NCBI GenBank assembly: GCA_004431415.1 | Contig: QPMI01000533.1 | Coordinates: 378,643-442,642 of the forward strand | Origin: Cyanophora paradoxa CCMP329 | Taxonomy: Eukaryota > Plantae > Glaucophyta | Direction: 5' to 3' | Length of the DNA: 64,000 nucleotides | Shown here: positions 10,802 to 22,406 of the stretch, piece after piece | Numbering within the stretch: position 1 is the stretch's first letter | How the letters are laid out: each line of letters begins with the position of its first letter | Position numbers and translations under genes: made by a program | The notes under the pieces: generated by a model | What the model saw: only the letters and a program-made list of their open reading frames with translations | Told to the model about the DNA's origin: nothing | The model's database searches: none

Positions 10802-13800
10802 CTACTCTCGCGCCTCGCCATTGGCCGCATCGACCTCGGCAATTTGCAGCGCGAGGAGGCGGTCGGGCTCCAGGGACCGCGCCGCCGCCCGCTGCAGCAC
10901 GCTGAGCTTGACCTTCCGCAGGCGGCGCAAGAGGGGCAAGAGGATCTGCACGCGCGGAGGTCGGCCGAGCGACGTTAACGCGGATCGCTCGGGCTTCCAT
11001 GGGAGGCGCACGGCGAATGCCTCGCGAAGAAAGCGGAGCTGGGCGACGGCCTGCAGCAGAAGGGCGGCGAGGCTGAGAGCGAGGAGGGCAACCTCGAGGC
11101 TGCCCGATCCGCTCGAGGCGGCGGGGCCAAACGCGATCCCCGCGATGACCCCGAAAATGCAGATCTGTGCCAGTTGCAAAGAAGGCTCGAGGTCAGACAG
11201 ATTCGCGATGTCGACAGCTGACTGCGAACGAAGCGCAGACCTCCATGGCACCGGCGAGCATTTGGACGCCGTTCTCGACGTTGTCGATGTAGGGGCGGAC
11301 GACGGCGAGGAAGCAGAGGTGCGCGGCGCAGATGGAGAGGAGGACGGCGAGCTGTGCGGCCACGTTGCGCGACTCGGGGGGGGCCAGGCTGAATCCGCCT
11401 GCAGTCAAATTGTGCCGCTTAGTGGCGGTTGAAGTTGGGAAACGACGACGAGTTATCGATTACCGAGGACGACGGCGGCCGCAAGCATCTTGGCCATGTC
11501 GATAGAGAAGCCGAGGTACGCGCCTCGACGGCAGGCGAACATCTCGAACAGCGGAGCAAAGCGCTGCACGCCAAATAAGCACGTTACGGTAAATTGAAGG
11601 TGGGCGGCCTTGAGCCGGCGCGGGTTGTAGTTGGGTGCGCACGATGAGGCCCTGCGTCCGGCCAGCGGCCGCGGCGGAGATGGTCCAAGAGCCCTTCATC
11701 GTGTGTCGCTCCACATAACTGAAGGCGCGGCGGAAGCCTGACAAGGGGATATTGAATATTCGTGAGAATATCGCATATTCGACCAATCATAGTGCATTGC
11801 AAATTGATAGTGCATGCACAATGCACATGCGCACTCGCATAGTGCGTACGCGTTCGACTAAATTCAATGTTTGTAATGCATTATCGTGTGCAGTCGAACG
11901 CACCGTGCGCAGTGCCGACAAGTGCGGTTTTGGCCTTCGAGCTGCCTACCGGGAACGCCTTCAGCCTCGCGTCTTGCTGTTCAACATGACCGGGATGGCT
12001 TTCGATCGTTCGCATCTGCGCATATGTATTCAGCTTGGCTCCACATAGAAATGAACCTGCACAATTGATATTGCACGAAGGTCGGCATACCTTGCCGGGG
12101 CTGGGCCGCGAGAAGAACTTCCAAAGCTGGCGCGACCCAGACACTATCGCGTCCGGGGAGATCGAAGCGGCGTGCAGTCGCTCCTGTGGGGTACGCGGTA
12201 TGTGTTGTTCTGCGAAGCTTGGCCGATGTAATTCAAGAACAGCTCGCACCTCGAAAACGATCACGCGCTTTTGCTTCACGAGGACATGGATTGCGCGAGC
12301 GGAAAGAGCGACGAAAGAGACCGGGACGAGGACCTTCGGGTTCGCAATCAGTCGGAGCCACGGGATCAGTCGCACTCGCGAAGATCGAACGCACCAGAGC
12401 GAGAAGGCCGCAGCCGATCCAAATGGCCTGCCCGCAAGCGATGGCAGACGCGGCATGCAGCGAGAGCCCCGGAAGCATTACAACCGATGCTTGAATTTCC
12501 TGCGGTCATGCGCCCGAGGGCGCCTTCATGACGCAGCAGATCTAGAAGCGTACAAGAAAAAGATCGAGAAATGGACGAACCAATTTCGGGAAACGAAGGC
12601 TTGGCGGCTGCGAGTGGAAAGGGGTCCAGATGAATCACGAATTGAGCAATATTAATGCAGCATACTGCGACAGACTGCAGATGAGAGCGCGCATGCGCAC
12701 CAACTGCCCACCCGTGCGCTTCCGAAGGAGACGCTTGAACACGAGCACGGCAACGCCCCGCATAGCCCACACCGCTATGTACAGGACGAGCGTCCAGAAG
12801 CACGCGGTCGCAAAATTGCGCGACGCCTTCGTCGTCGTCATGGGCTCGCGGCCGCGGAGCAGCCCGGCGCCTGTCTCTGCGCCTCCTCTGATTGTGCTCG
12901 AATCTTCCTCTATCAACAACGTCCATGGCGCTGCACAATTCAAATAAGCCGAATTAATATTAATATTGATTCCGACTTGCAACGAGATCTCGAGGCGACG
13001 TCGACTGACCGGGCGTGGGCGTCATGAGTGCCCAGCCTGGAGAGCAGAATAAGACGACTTCAACCGTTGAACTTGATTCAATAAAATACAGAGACAGTCG
13101 CGCACCAAGGCTTTCGCTCATTGACGCGTACGACGCTGGTACCACGTTGCCGACAACGTGGGCGGTGCTCGCCAGAAATCCGAGCCGCGAGATCAGACTC
13201 TGCATGCGCAGGCTACGTTGGCCGCGCCCATGGTATGGCAAGGCGCCCATGGTATGGCCAGGTATTTAAACTGAGAAGCTCACCACAATGCCTGAGCCGC
13301 TTGTCTGCACCTTCGCGCTGATCTCTGCAATGTCGATGTCGAAGGTCGTCTCCTCCCGGGACGCTGCGGCCTCCGCGGCGACGATGGGCTGCGGCGTACG
13401 CTGCACTTCCACAACCACCTCGTGACCTCGGCGTCGGCCAAGGTCTGTTTGTGTTTCCCCATCCGATTCAGATTCTGCGTCTTCATTATCCTCTTCTATA
13501 TCTTCTGATCCCGCGGATGTCTGCACGTATATGCGTGCATATCAATCGTATACGTAATTATAATAAATTGCGATGTATAGTCCGGAGCCAAATCTTAATC
13601 AAAAGCTCACGTACATTCTTCTTGCGTTTGGTCTTCTTCTTAGAAGCTCGCGCGTCTCCACCGTCGAGCCCATCTGCCTCGCGGGCGCCTTGCTCCTCGT
13701 TTCCCCCCGATGCGCCGTTCGAATTCCCTGCTTCTGCTTGAGAGCTCGACCCGAACCTGTCTTCTGCGCCGCCACCGGCTCCACCAGAGGCTGCATCGCC

Positions 13801-16800
13801 ACCCGATTTAGCTCCGCCTGGACCGCCGCCGCCGCCGCCGGATGCTGAGGCTCCACCCCCGCCGCCTCCGCCTGAAGCCGCCGCCCCGCCGCCGCCTCCC
13901 CCTGCTGCCGCAGCCCCGCCTCCTCCGCATCCAGCCGCGGCCGCGGCGCCCCCGCCTCCAGCGGCGGCGGCGCCTCCAGCCGCAGCCGCGGCGCCCCCGG
14001 CCACCGCCGCGCCCCCTGCGGCCACAGCATTTGCGCTGACGCCTCCGACAATCGCGACCGCTGCTGCTGCGCCGCCTGCAGCCACAGCGTTCGCACTGAC
14101 CGCCGCCCCGAGCGCTGCGCTCGCCATGGACGCGGCGAAGACGACGCCGACGCTGACGGCTGCGGTTGCGGACACCGTTGCAACGGTTACGACGGTCATT
14201 GTTTTGCCGATAGCGCTGCCCGTCTCTGGTGATAAGACCGAGCGACTTCTCGTGGATCCGCTGTAGTCAACAGAGACGGAGAGAGGGGCTGAACCCTCCT
14301 CGTTGTTGCTGTTGATCGCCACAAACTCGAAACTGTAGGCGCCTTCAGCTAGGCCGGCTGGAGAAGGTGAATGGGATATGCGCGTTTTGATTAGAAATAA
14401 ATCAATGCCATTTGAATGCTCATGCGTGCCTGGTATCGACAGCTGATCACCGCCAGCTGCAGGCAGCGGCACTGGCGTCCCTCTCGCCTGTCGCCAGTAC
14501 GCGCCCACGATGCCGAACTCGTCGTCGCGCGCCGATGCAAGAACGGTCGCGTTCTGTGCGGGATCCTCCACTACGACCTGCGACTTGGACAGCGAGACTA
14601 CCGGCTGCGCGTCCGCTGGGCTTGCGTGAGCATGCGGAGCCATTTAATTTCTGACTGCCGCAAAATTGATCGCACCCGCGCTGGAGGGGTCTAGTACGTC
14701 GACGGTGAGCGACAAGAGCGGCAGGCCCACGACGGCGGCGATCGAGGTCGAGTCGAGGGCGCGCAGATTGGAGGCCAAGGCATCCACGCCTTGATCCGTG
14801 AGCAGCGCCACGCTATGCTGTGTGGATATATATGAGTAATCGCAGAAATCTTAATCATCCATCGATATCGCAAGCTTGATCATGATCATGAGCCAATATT
14901 GTAGTGCGACATCTTTATGCTATCGCGAGCAGATTCAGATCGCTTTAGCTATAGGTGCAGCTCATTCGAATTCGCTACTTATTACTGATTAATATAAATG
15001 TAAGAGGCTTGCCTCGATGATGACAGAGCCAGAACGGTACGAGATTCCGTAGATGCGGTGCGCCGACACGCCCTCTGCCTTTGCCAGCATCTTGATTCTG
15101 GAGGGCCGGACCGGACGCGAATGTCAAAGCGCAAAAATCGAAGAAAACGAGCTTGCAAATTTGCGGTGGCGGCGCACAGTGCCGGATCAGTTGCCGTAGG
15201 ATAGACGCGGGTGAATTCCGCATACTCGCCATCGAAGCGCATCGAGACGAACACGCGCCGCGCGCGGGCCACGTTGACTGTTCCGACCGTGGAGGAGGAA
15301 CGTCCCGTGGAGTTTGATACGACTGTGAGGTTGAAGAAGTACGTGCCCTGCTTCGGTCGCAGGACGGACGCGACGCAGGACTGGCCATGGACGTCGACGC
15401 CATCCGCGGCCGGCTGGATGCTGTCCGTGAATGCGAGAGGAGACGAGACCTGCCCGCGCGCGAAATTGCAAGTGAGGTGTGGCCGTGGTATATACACGTA
15501 TAGAGAGCTGATAATTATGTCATAAATAAATGTGAAGGTAAACAAACCAGGCTCCACAGGCAGAGGATTGAGCCGCCATCTGTATCGCTGCTGAGCGTGC
15601 CGTTGAGGATGATGCTAGAGGTTGGCAGTTCGACAGATGCAGAGGTCGAGAAGACTGCACGCGGAAAGAGATTGGGTGGGAGGGTACTAGTGGGTGACGC
15701 GGAAGGTGTTGGACTTGGCTCGGGCGGTATCGGAGACGGCGTCGGATCGGGTTGTATCGATAGCGGAGAGGGCGAAGGCGTCGGGGGTGCGGTTGGCAAA
15801 GCAGTCGGCGCTGCGCGTGTACATGTGCGTCGAAGTCACGTCATTTCGTGAGCTCGACAAACATTGAAGGACGCACTCGCGATTGGAGGAAGCGGTGTCG
15901 GTGTCACGATCAGTGTCGGGGCTGCTGAAATCATTTCCGGGAAAAGGCCTGCAGAAAGTAGAGCTCAATTCCAATCTCGGAGCATATAATTTTAGCGAGT
16001 TATGGTTCATGATCATATCGCAAATCAATTACCGGAGTCCAGATCGGAGATTGAGAGCCGCACGAGCGGCGTGTTTGATGCTGTGCTGGGGTTCCTCATC
16101 CCCGCGTAATAGAGGAATTTTCCATCGAGGGAGCGATGCATGTCGTAAAGGTGCAAGGAGCCATCTATAGAGCTGTCTCGAACGACCAAAGAACGAAGGA
16201 GAGTGCCGTTCTCAACAGACCAGAAGCGGATGTAACCTTGCTGGTCTCCCGAGATGAGGGCCTTGCCGCCGGAAGAAAAGGCGACTCCAACAATGCTCAT
16301 GCTTAGACCTCCTAAGCCAGGCAAGGCATGGTTCATGGCACGCAACTGGGTGCCGTTTTGCATAGAGAACAATCGCACGGATCCTGTCGAGCCTTCTCCG
16401 ATGGCGACAAGGTCGTTGCTCGGTGAGATCGCCGCGCACAGGGCACCCCCACTGATGCTCGTAGACCAGAGAAGGGTGCCATTTGCAGAGTACCAGACGC
16501 GTACGCTGTTGCCGGCCGCAACGATGTAGCTTCCGTCGGCAGAGACTGACAGCGCAACTGCCACGAAGGGATCGTTCGTGGGATCGATGCCAGGTACGGT
16601 TAGGTTGCGAGTAGGAACGCCGCTTGCCACTTCCGACACTTGGACGAGATTCATTTGACCCCAGGAGGTCACAATAAATGCAGAGTCAGGTGTGAAAGCG
16701 ACATCATAATTGATAGAAGTCGCGCCGGGCGGTCCGTTTAAGTAAGGCGGTCCAGCAATCGCTCTCACCAGGGTCCCGTCGGCTGCTGACCACAAGCGAA

Positions 16801-18206
16801 CTTTACCGTCGCTGGCGCCCGTAGCAACGAGGGCCCCGTCCGGGGAGACCGCAAGGGCCCTGTTCGAGGAGACCGGAATCTCAACGCGCAGAAGAAGCGT
16901 CCCGCTCGCCGACCATTTTAGAATCTGCTTCTGGGTTCCAGTATACACATTGTGTGTAGTGAAAACGAAGTTATCATTCGCTGGCGTGCCAATCGAGTCG
17001 AAATAAAGCATGCTCGGCCCAATGACCGTGCTGACATTCCCGAGCAAAAGCGTAGAATCGGGGGCAGCTGTTGCAAAAATCCCTGCAACCGCGGTGTTGG
17101 CGCCCGGGGGATTCAAGTATGTAGAGTAGGCAATCCGCGATCCGATACTGTCGAATGAGACGGCTTTGATTGGAGCTGACTTGTTGAACTCCTGAACAAG
17201 GGCACCGCTGCCTGCGGCCCAGATGCAGATGCGGCCATCCATGCCTCCAGTAAGGATACGTGAGCTGTCTTCAGAGATTGATATGAACGTTGAATAAAAA
17301 GTGACAATGCTGCCTGTGAAGTAAGCACTCACGATGACGCTTGCATTGATAGACCGCAGCACTGATGCGTCCGACGTGGAGACAAGTTTAATCATTGTGA
17401 CGGATGAGCTTCCAGAGACGAGCGCTGCGACAACAACGTACGATCCGTCCGGCGATAGACTCAACAAGTCGCTGCCAGCTGCGGATATGTCGAGGAGCCT
17501 GAGCCGCGTTCCATTGGTCGACCAGACACTCAAGCTGCTGTCAGACGATGCTCCCGACACGATGTTGCCGTCGGGCAAGAGGCCGAGGAATGTGGCCGCA
17601 TACAGAACTTGCCCAGTATTGTAGCCATAGCCATAATCACCGCCGAGCTTGTTTGCAAAGCAACATGCATCCGGGATTTGCTGGAACAGCGCGCCGTCTA
17701 TCCCCCGCAGGCTCGCCTTGTACGTGTTGTCCGTGCTGTTCTTGATCACGACGACAGCTGTGCGGGTGTCCGTCGACAAGCCAACGCGCAAGGGGCCGAA
17801 ACTCAAGGGGATCTCGACCCGAGAGAGGAGAGCGCCGGTCGAAGAGGAGAATGCCGACATGCCGTACTCCGAGGCGACGACGACGCTGGCGCCATCCGCG
17901 GAGAACCGCAAGAGGTTCAACATCCCGCCCTTGTGACTTACAGCGTGCAGCTGTGTGCCACTTGTCGCCAACCAGATGCGCAGCGAAGACGTGTACGGCC
18001 CGGATGTCATACGGCCATCGGCGGTCGCGACAAGCTGGCCATCAGGAGAGACAGCGACTGCGTCGACTTGGGATGTGTGTCCGATAAGGGTAACCAGTGG
18101 CGAAGCTGTCACCCGCACGTCGCGATCGCGAGCTCTCAGCAAGACGCATTAGAATCGGTTCATGATCAAGAACCCGAACCGGGGATGGACGTCGTCGGAT
18201 CGCCAT
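10802..18206 (-). CDS. Large membrane protein: WD40 beta-propeller(s), Pro/Thr linker, PKD/Ig-like domains, Gly/Ala stretch and TRP-like (PF06011-type) multi-TM C-terminus
   Basis: WD40 repeats in 16025-18142 (LIGHTSQVDAVAVSPDGQLVAT; ALAVSPDGALVATGASDGKVRLWS). PKD-like IILNGTLSSDTDGG, GTYFFNLTVVS, GAYSFEFVAIN. TM segments VVTVATVSATAAVSVGVVF, FWTLVLYIAVWAMRGVAVLVF, QLAVLLSICAAHLCFLAVVRPYIDNVENG, LALSLAALLLQAVAQL. Plausible splice joins link the parts; start codon uncertain. Confidence 0.7.
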
Positions 18207-19023
18207 TCGTGTCTAGTGTCAACTGCGCGGCCGCAGGCGCCAAGAAAGCTGTGTGCAAGCGACCGAAACGTCAATGACGTGCGTCATATATATATATATA
18301 TTCATAAGATCGGGCTGATCATGTGCATGGATCAAAGGAGCTCGATCGCGAACCTGTTAACTGTATTATGGATATCAATATTAATTGCAATGCGAAGCGT
18401 CCCAAGGTTGAGCGGTATGCGGAGATCGTATGCGTACACCTGCATGCCGCAGTGCACATGAACGTTCAACGTTAATCACGAGGACGGAATATATATAGAT
18501 ATAATCATCGGCAGCACATATAAGCATATCGATAATGCGAACCGCGCGCTTGTGCTCGAGCTCGCGATCGCTATAACATGCATATGCATATGTGCACATG
18601 CGCTTCGAGACGGGGGCGGTCGGCGTCTGCGGCGTATTGCTGGCCACGGGGCAGCAGCTTGTTGCGATTGCTGCTGAAACATGCAATGCACGCCGCGCCA
18701 GCAGGGTCGTGACGCACAGGCGGCACAGCGCATGCGTATCTGATTAATATTCGCGCTTTCGAATTCGGAACGTTAACACAGAATCGCTCTGCCGCAGTGC
18801 AGCTGCCAGATCGGATCTAGAGCCTGCATGCGCATGATGGCTGCATCATGGCATGCGCACTGTGGCAGACTCTCAGGCTCTTAGCTTCGCCGAGTCGATT
18901 CTGGGCTACCGTAGTACCCGCGGGCCGGTAGTAGGTCCGGTACCGTCGATCACGGCGGTACGTCACGATCAACTTGATCAGTTGCCGCAGTACTACCGTA
19001 GTACTAGGCTAGTGCACTGCGGC

Positions 19024-19543
19024 TAGGGGTGAGTATCGAATGTAGGGTCGGGTTCATTCGATTCGGTTCGATCGGTCTGCGTATTCGATCGAATGGTTTC
19101 GATACCCGGTAGGGGGGGTACGTCAGGCACCCTTGGTGGCCGAAACAGAGCGTAAACGCGATACAAAACAGCAGAAGCAAGAGATAACGAAGCATAAAAC
19201 ATCAAAGATAGCAAAAGACACGTTCTTAAGTGCTGTATACGTCTCGTAAGAGACCGACATACTTCCAGGGGGGTACTTGTAACCTGTGTCGTCTGCAAAC
19301 CGCAGCGCGAAAATGCAGTCACATTGAGTAGAATTGGTTCAGAAATGATACTGTTTGCCTGTTATGCGATTTTGTCACGTCCAAGAAGACTCTTGATGGC
19401 TTCTTTCGCTGCAAAGACAGGTCTCTCGTGGGCGTACCCCCCACATTCGAATGATTCGATCGGGTGACCGGGTTCGATTGGTTCGAAACTCGTCGGGTTC
19501 GATCGAATGGGTTCGATACTATTCGGTTCGATACTCACCCCTA
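19024..19543. mobile_element. Non-autonomous hAT-type element (MITE)
   Basis: 17-bp perfect TIR taggggtgagtatcgaa / ttcgatactcaccccta; 8-bp TSD actgcggc at 19016-19023 and 19544-19551; subterminal ttcga-rich repeats. Confidence 0.92.
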
Positions 19544-20211
19544 ACTGCGGCATGCGCAACTTTCAAGTTTGGCAAGTAACCCCCGCAAGTTGCCCGGCCG
19601 GCGGCCGCATGTGCATGCGCACTCAGTGACTGGCAGCACTCACTGAGTCAGTGACTGCACTGCAGACCTACTAATTATAAATAACTTAGTAAGTAGGCCA
19701 CCGGACCGTCGGACCTGGCACCGCCGCACCGGTCACCGGGTACGGCGGTACATCACTAACACTACTAGGCTAGCCTAGCTAGTACGTACTACGGTAGTAG
19801 CCTGTGGTACTTAAGTGACGTATCCCGGAGTCCGTGAGTTACTAAAGTTACTAAGTTAAGTTCAACGGTCACTACTATCATAGTATGATAGTACTATCCG
19901 TGAGTTTAAGTTCAACGGTCACGGGCCGCGGGTTGTGCGTGCCGCACACTGTGACAGTCCGACGGTCCCGCACTGCGGGCCAGTCTGCGGCATGCGCACT
20001 GCGGCAGTGCGCGCGATGCCACGTGCACGCGTACGGTGGCCATGCATACTATGATATGGCCTCGAGCTCGTACTACCGGTACCGTCACGGCGTACTGTAC
20101 TACGGTAAAACGAGAAATGTGATTCAAATGTCCGGCGTCACTTTATTTATTTCGGCACTTTATACGGTAAAACGAGAAATGTCCGGGGCACTGTGACAAT
20201 ATTAGTACAAG

Positions 20212-20555
20212 TAGATTATATTAATATTCTCACCCCTTCATGGTCCTGCATGACAGGCTGACTCATGATCAGTGACGGGCCAGTGACGGCCCAACGGGTA
20301 GACTGAGTACCGTAGTACTAGACTCTAGATCTGAGAGCAGATTAATATTAATATTATATTCGCACCCCTTCATGTTCCTGAATCCTGACAGGCTGACGGG
20401 CCAGTGATCGACGGCCCAACGGATAGACTCGAGCTCTAGCTGAGAGGCAGTGAGAGCAGATTATATTCGCACCCCTTCATGTTCCTGAATCCTGACAGGC
20501 TGACGGGCCAGTGACGGCCCAACGGGTAAACTCTAGATCTGAGACTCTGAGAGCT
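20212..20555. repeat. Three tandem copies of a ~90-bp unit, each interrupted by different short palindromic insertions
   Basis: Core attatattcgcaccccttcatgttcctgaatcctgacaggctgacgggccagtgacggcccaacggg recurs at ~20216, ~20350 and ~20460. Confidence 0.85.
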
Positions 20556-20649
20556 TCGGCTCGAGGGCCGGGGGCATGGCGCCGGCAGTCGACGGCCCGC
20601 GGTCCCGGAGTCCGATCCTACTAGCTAAAGCTTAAGCCATATATGCATG

Positions 20650-20977
20650 TAGGGCACTGGCCAGCGGCCCGGCCGAACAGCTGGCTGGCTGGTTTTGGAC
20701 TTTTAGGCTGGCCCAGCCCCCCGATTCTCTAAGCGTCTCTAAGACACCGATTGAAAGCGTCTCTAAGACACCGATTTCATTTAACAGCGGGGGCTCTGCG
20801 GCTGGTCGGCTGGCCATCTGGCCTAGCCGAGTCTTCGGCTCCTAGCTGGAGGCTGGCCGCCAGCTGGCCGGCCAAGTTTTGGGTGGAGGCTGGCGGCCAG
20901 CCCCGGGCCGCTGGCCGGGTTTCGCCGGCTTGGACTGGCCCGCTGGCCAGAGGGAGACCTGGCTGGCCAGTGCCCTA
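20650..20977. mobile_element. Non-autonomous hAT-type element (MITE), TAGGGCACTGGCC family
   Basis: 16-bp TIR tagggcactggccagc / gctggccagtgcccta; 8-bp TSD tatgcatg at 20642-20649 and 20978-20985; many internal ggctggcc repeats. Confidence 0.92.
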
Positions 20978-21430
20978 TATGCATGCGCGCATGCTAGCGG
21001 AGCCTACCAGGTAGCGCTATAGTGCCACGGTGACGGGGGTGAACAGAGCTACAATCGATCTCAGCGCGTATCCCATCGAATCCCACGGTGACGGGCCTGA
21101 CCGGCCCTGACGGGCCGTGACGGCCGACTGACTCAGTGATCATGACGGGGTGTCACGCCGTGACGGCGACGTCACGGCGTCACTGATTCAGCGCCGCGTG
21201 AATCGATATCGCGGCGTGAGCCGCGTGAACTCGGAGTCTCGGAATCGCGGGATTCGCCCGCGTCTCAGTCGGACGCGTGATCATGACTCATGAGTCCGAC
21301 CGACTCCGACGGTCTCTGGAATCTGGATTCATGACCCGTCTCTCTCAGGCTCTAGCTGCCGCAGCCTGCCAGTGCCTGCCACTGAGACTGCCAGGCTGCC
21401 GTCTACTGGAGTATAGCTAGCATACTAGTA

Positions 21431-21643
21431 CTGTAAACGTACGAATTTCCGCCAGCGTCTAATTTCGACTATATTCGCCAGACCCTCGCGTTGTCGAATA
21501 TTTGACGCTGGCGAATTAAGCCTTTGTATGGCGAAGTCGCAGGGTGTCGAAATCAAGACGCTGGCGGACTAATTTTCGACAGGATTTTCGGGTTTTGTCG
21601 AATTAAAGTGCTGGCGGATATTAGTATATACGTACGTTTAAAG
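21431..21643. mobile_element. Tc1/mariner-pogo-type MITE
   Basis: TIR ctgtaaacgtacg / cgtacgtttaaag (1 mismatch), TA on both flanks; internal gacgctggcg repeats. Confidence 0.75.
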
Positions 21644-21869
21644 TAGTAGAGTGACTACCGTAAGTACGGTAGTAGTACGGTAGTACTAGAGTCTCAGTCT
21701 CTCAGAGTCTAGATATCGATCTGCATTAATTGACTCGAGCTCTGCGAATTGACTGCGCATGCACTTCGGAATCTAGATCTGCCGGCCGGGCGACTGCCGC
21801 AGTGCGCATGCCGCACTGCGGCAGTGCCGCAGCTAGCCTACTAGGGTAACTAGGCTAGTACCGGTAGAC

Positions 21870-22222
21870 TCCCGAGTATTTCGGAAATCGGATTTTGGAG
21901 CGCCGAATTTCGAAATCGGCCCGCCGAAATTGCCGAAATTTCGGCCGAAATTTCGGAATGTCCCCGCCCCCCGGAAGTCGAAATAACATGCACAGTCCCC
22001 TTTGACCTAAGACAGACTGCCTACGTATACTTGTGTGTCTAGCAGTGCCTACGGACGATTCCGGGACGAAGTTAACCAGTCCCCGCGCCCCCCCGGGCAC
22101 CCCAACCCCTCACTTGCAGGGCCGAAACTTTGAAACACCAATATTCCGAATATTTTATTGATTATGCCGCAGGTATATTCCGGATCCGAATCTCCGATAT
22201 TCCGAGTCCCGAGTCCCGCCTG
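21870..22222. mobile_element. Degenerate TIR-element remnant
   Basis: Clustered ccgaaat/atttcgg and ttccga subterminal-type repeats at both ends; no clean TIR or TSD. Confidence 0.4.
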
Positions 22223-22406
22223 AGCAGTGCCGCAGGCCCGCAGCTAGCCTAGTACCGGTAGATCCAGACTCCGGGAGTCCCGCAACGCGGCACTGCGGCG
22301 GCAGTGCATCAGGATTGATTCCGAATCTCAAATTATTCTCAATTTCCGATCAGGCGATGCCCGGCCATGAATGGCCCATGACAAGCGGAATCTGCGGCGT
22401 AGGGCC

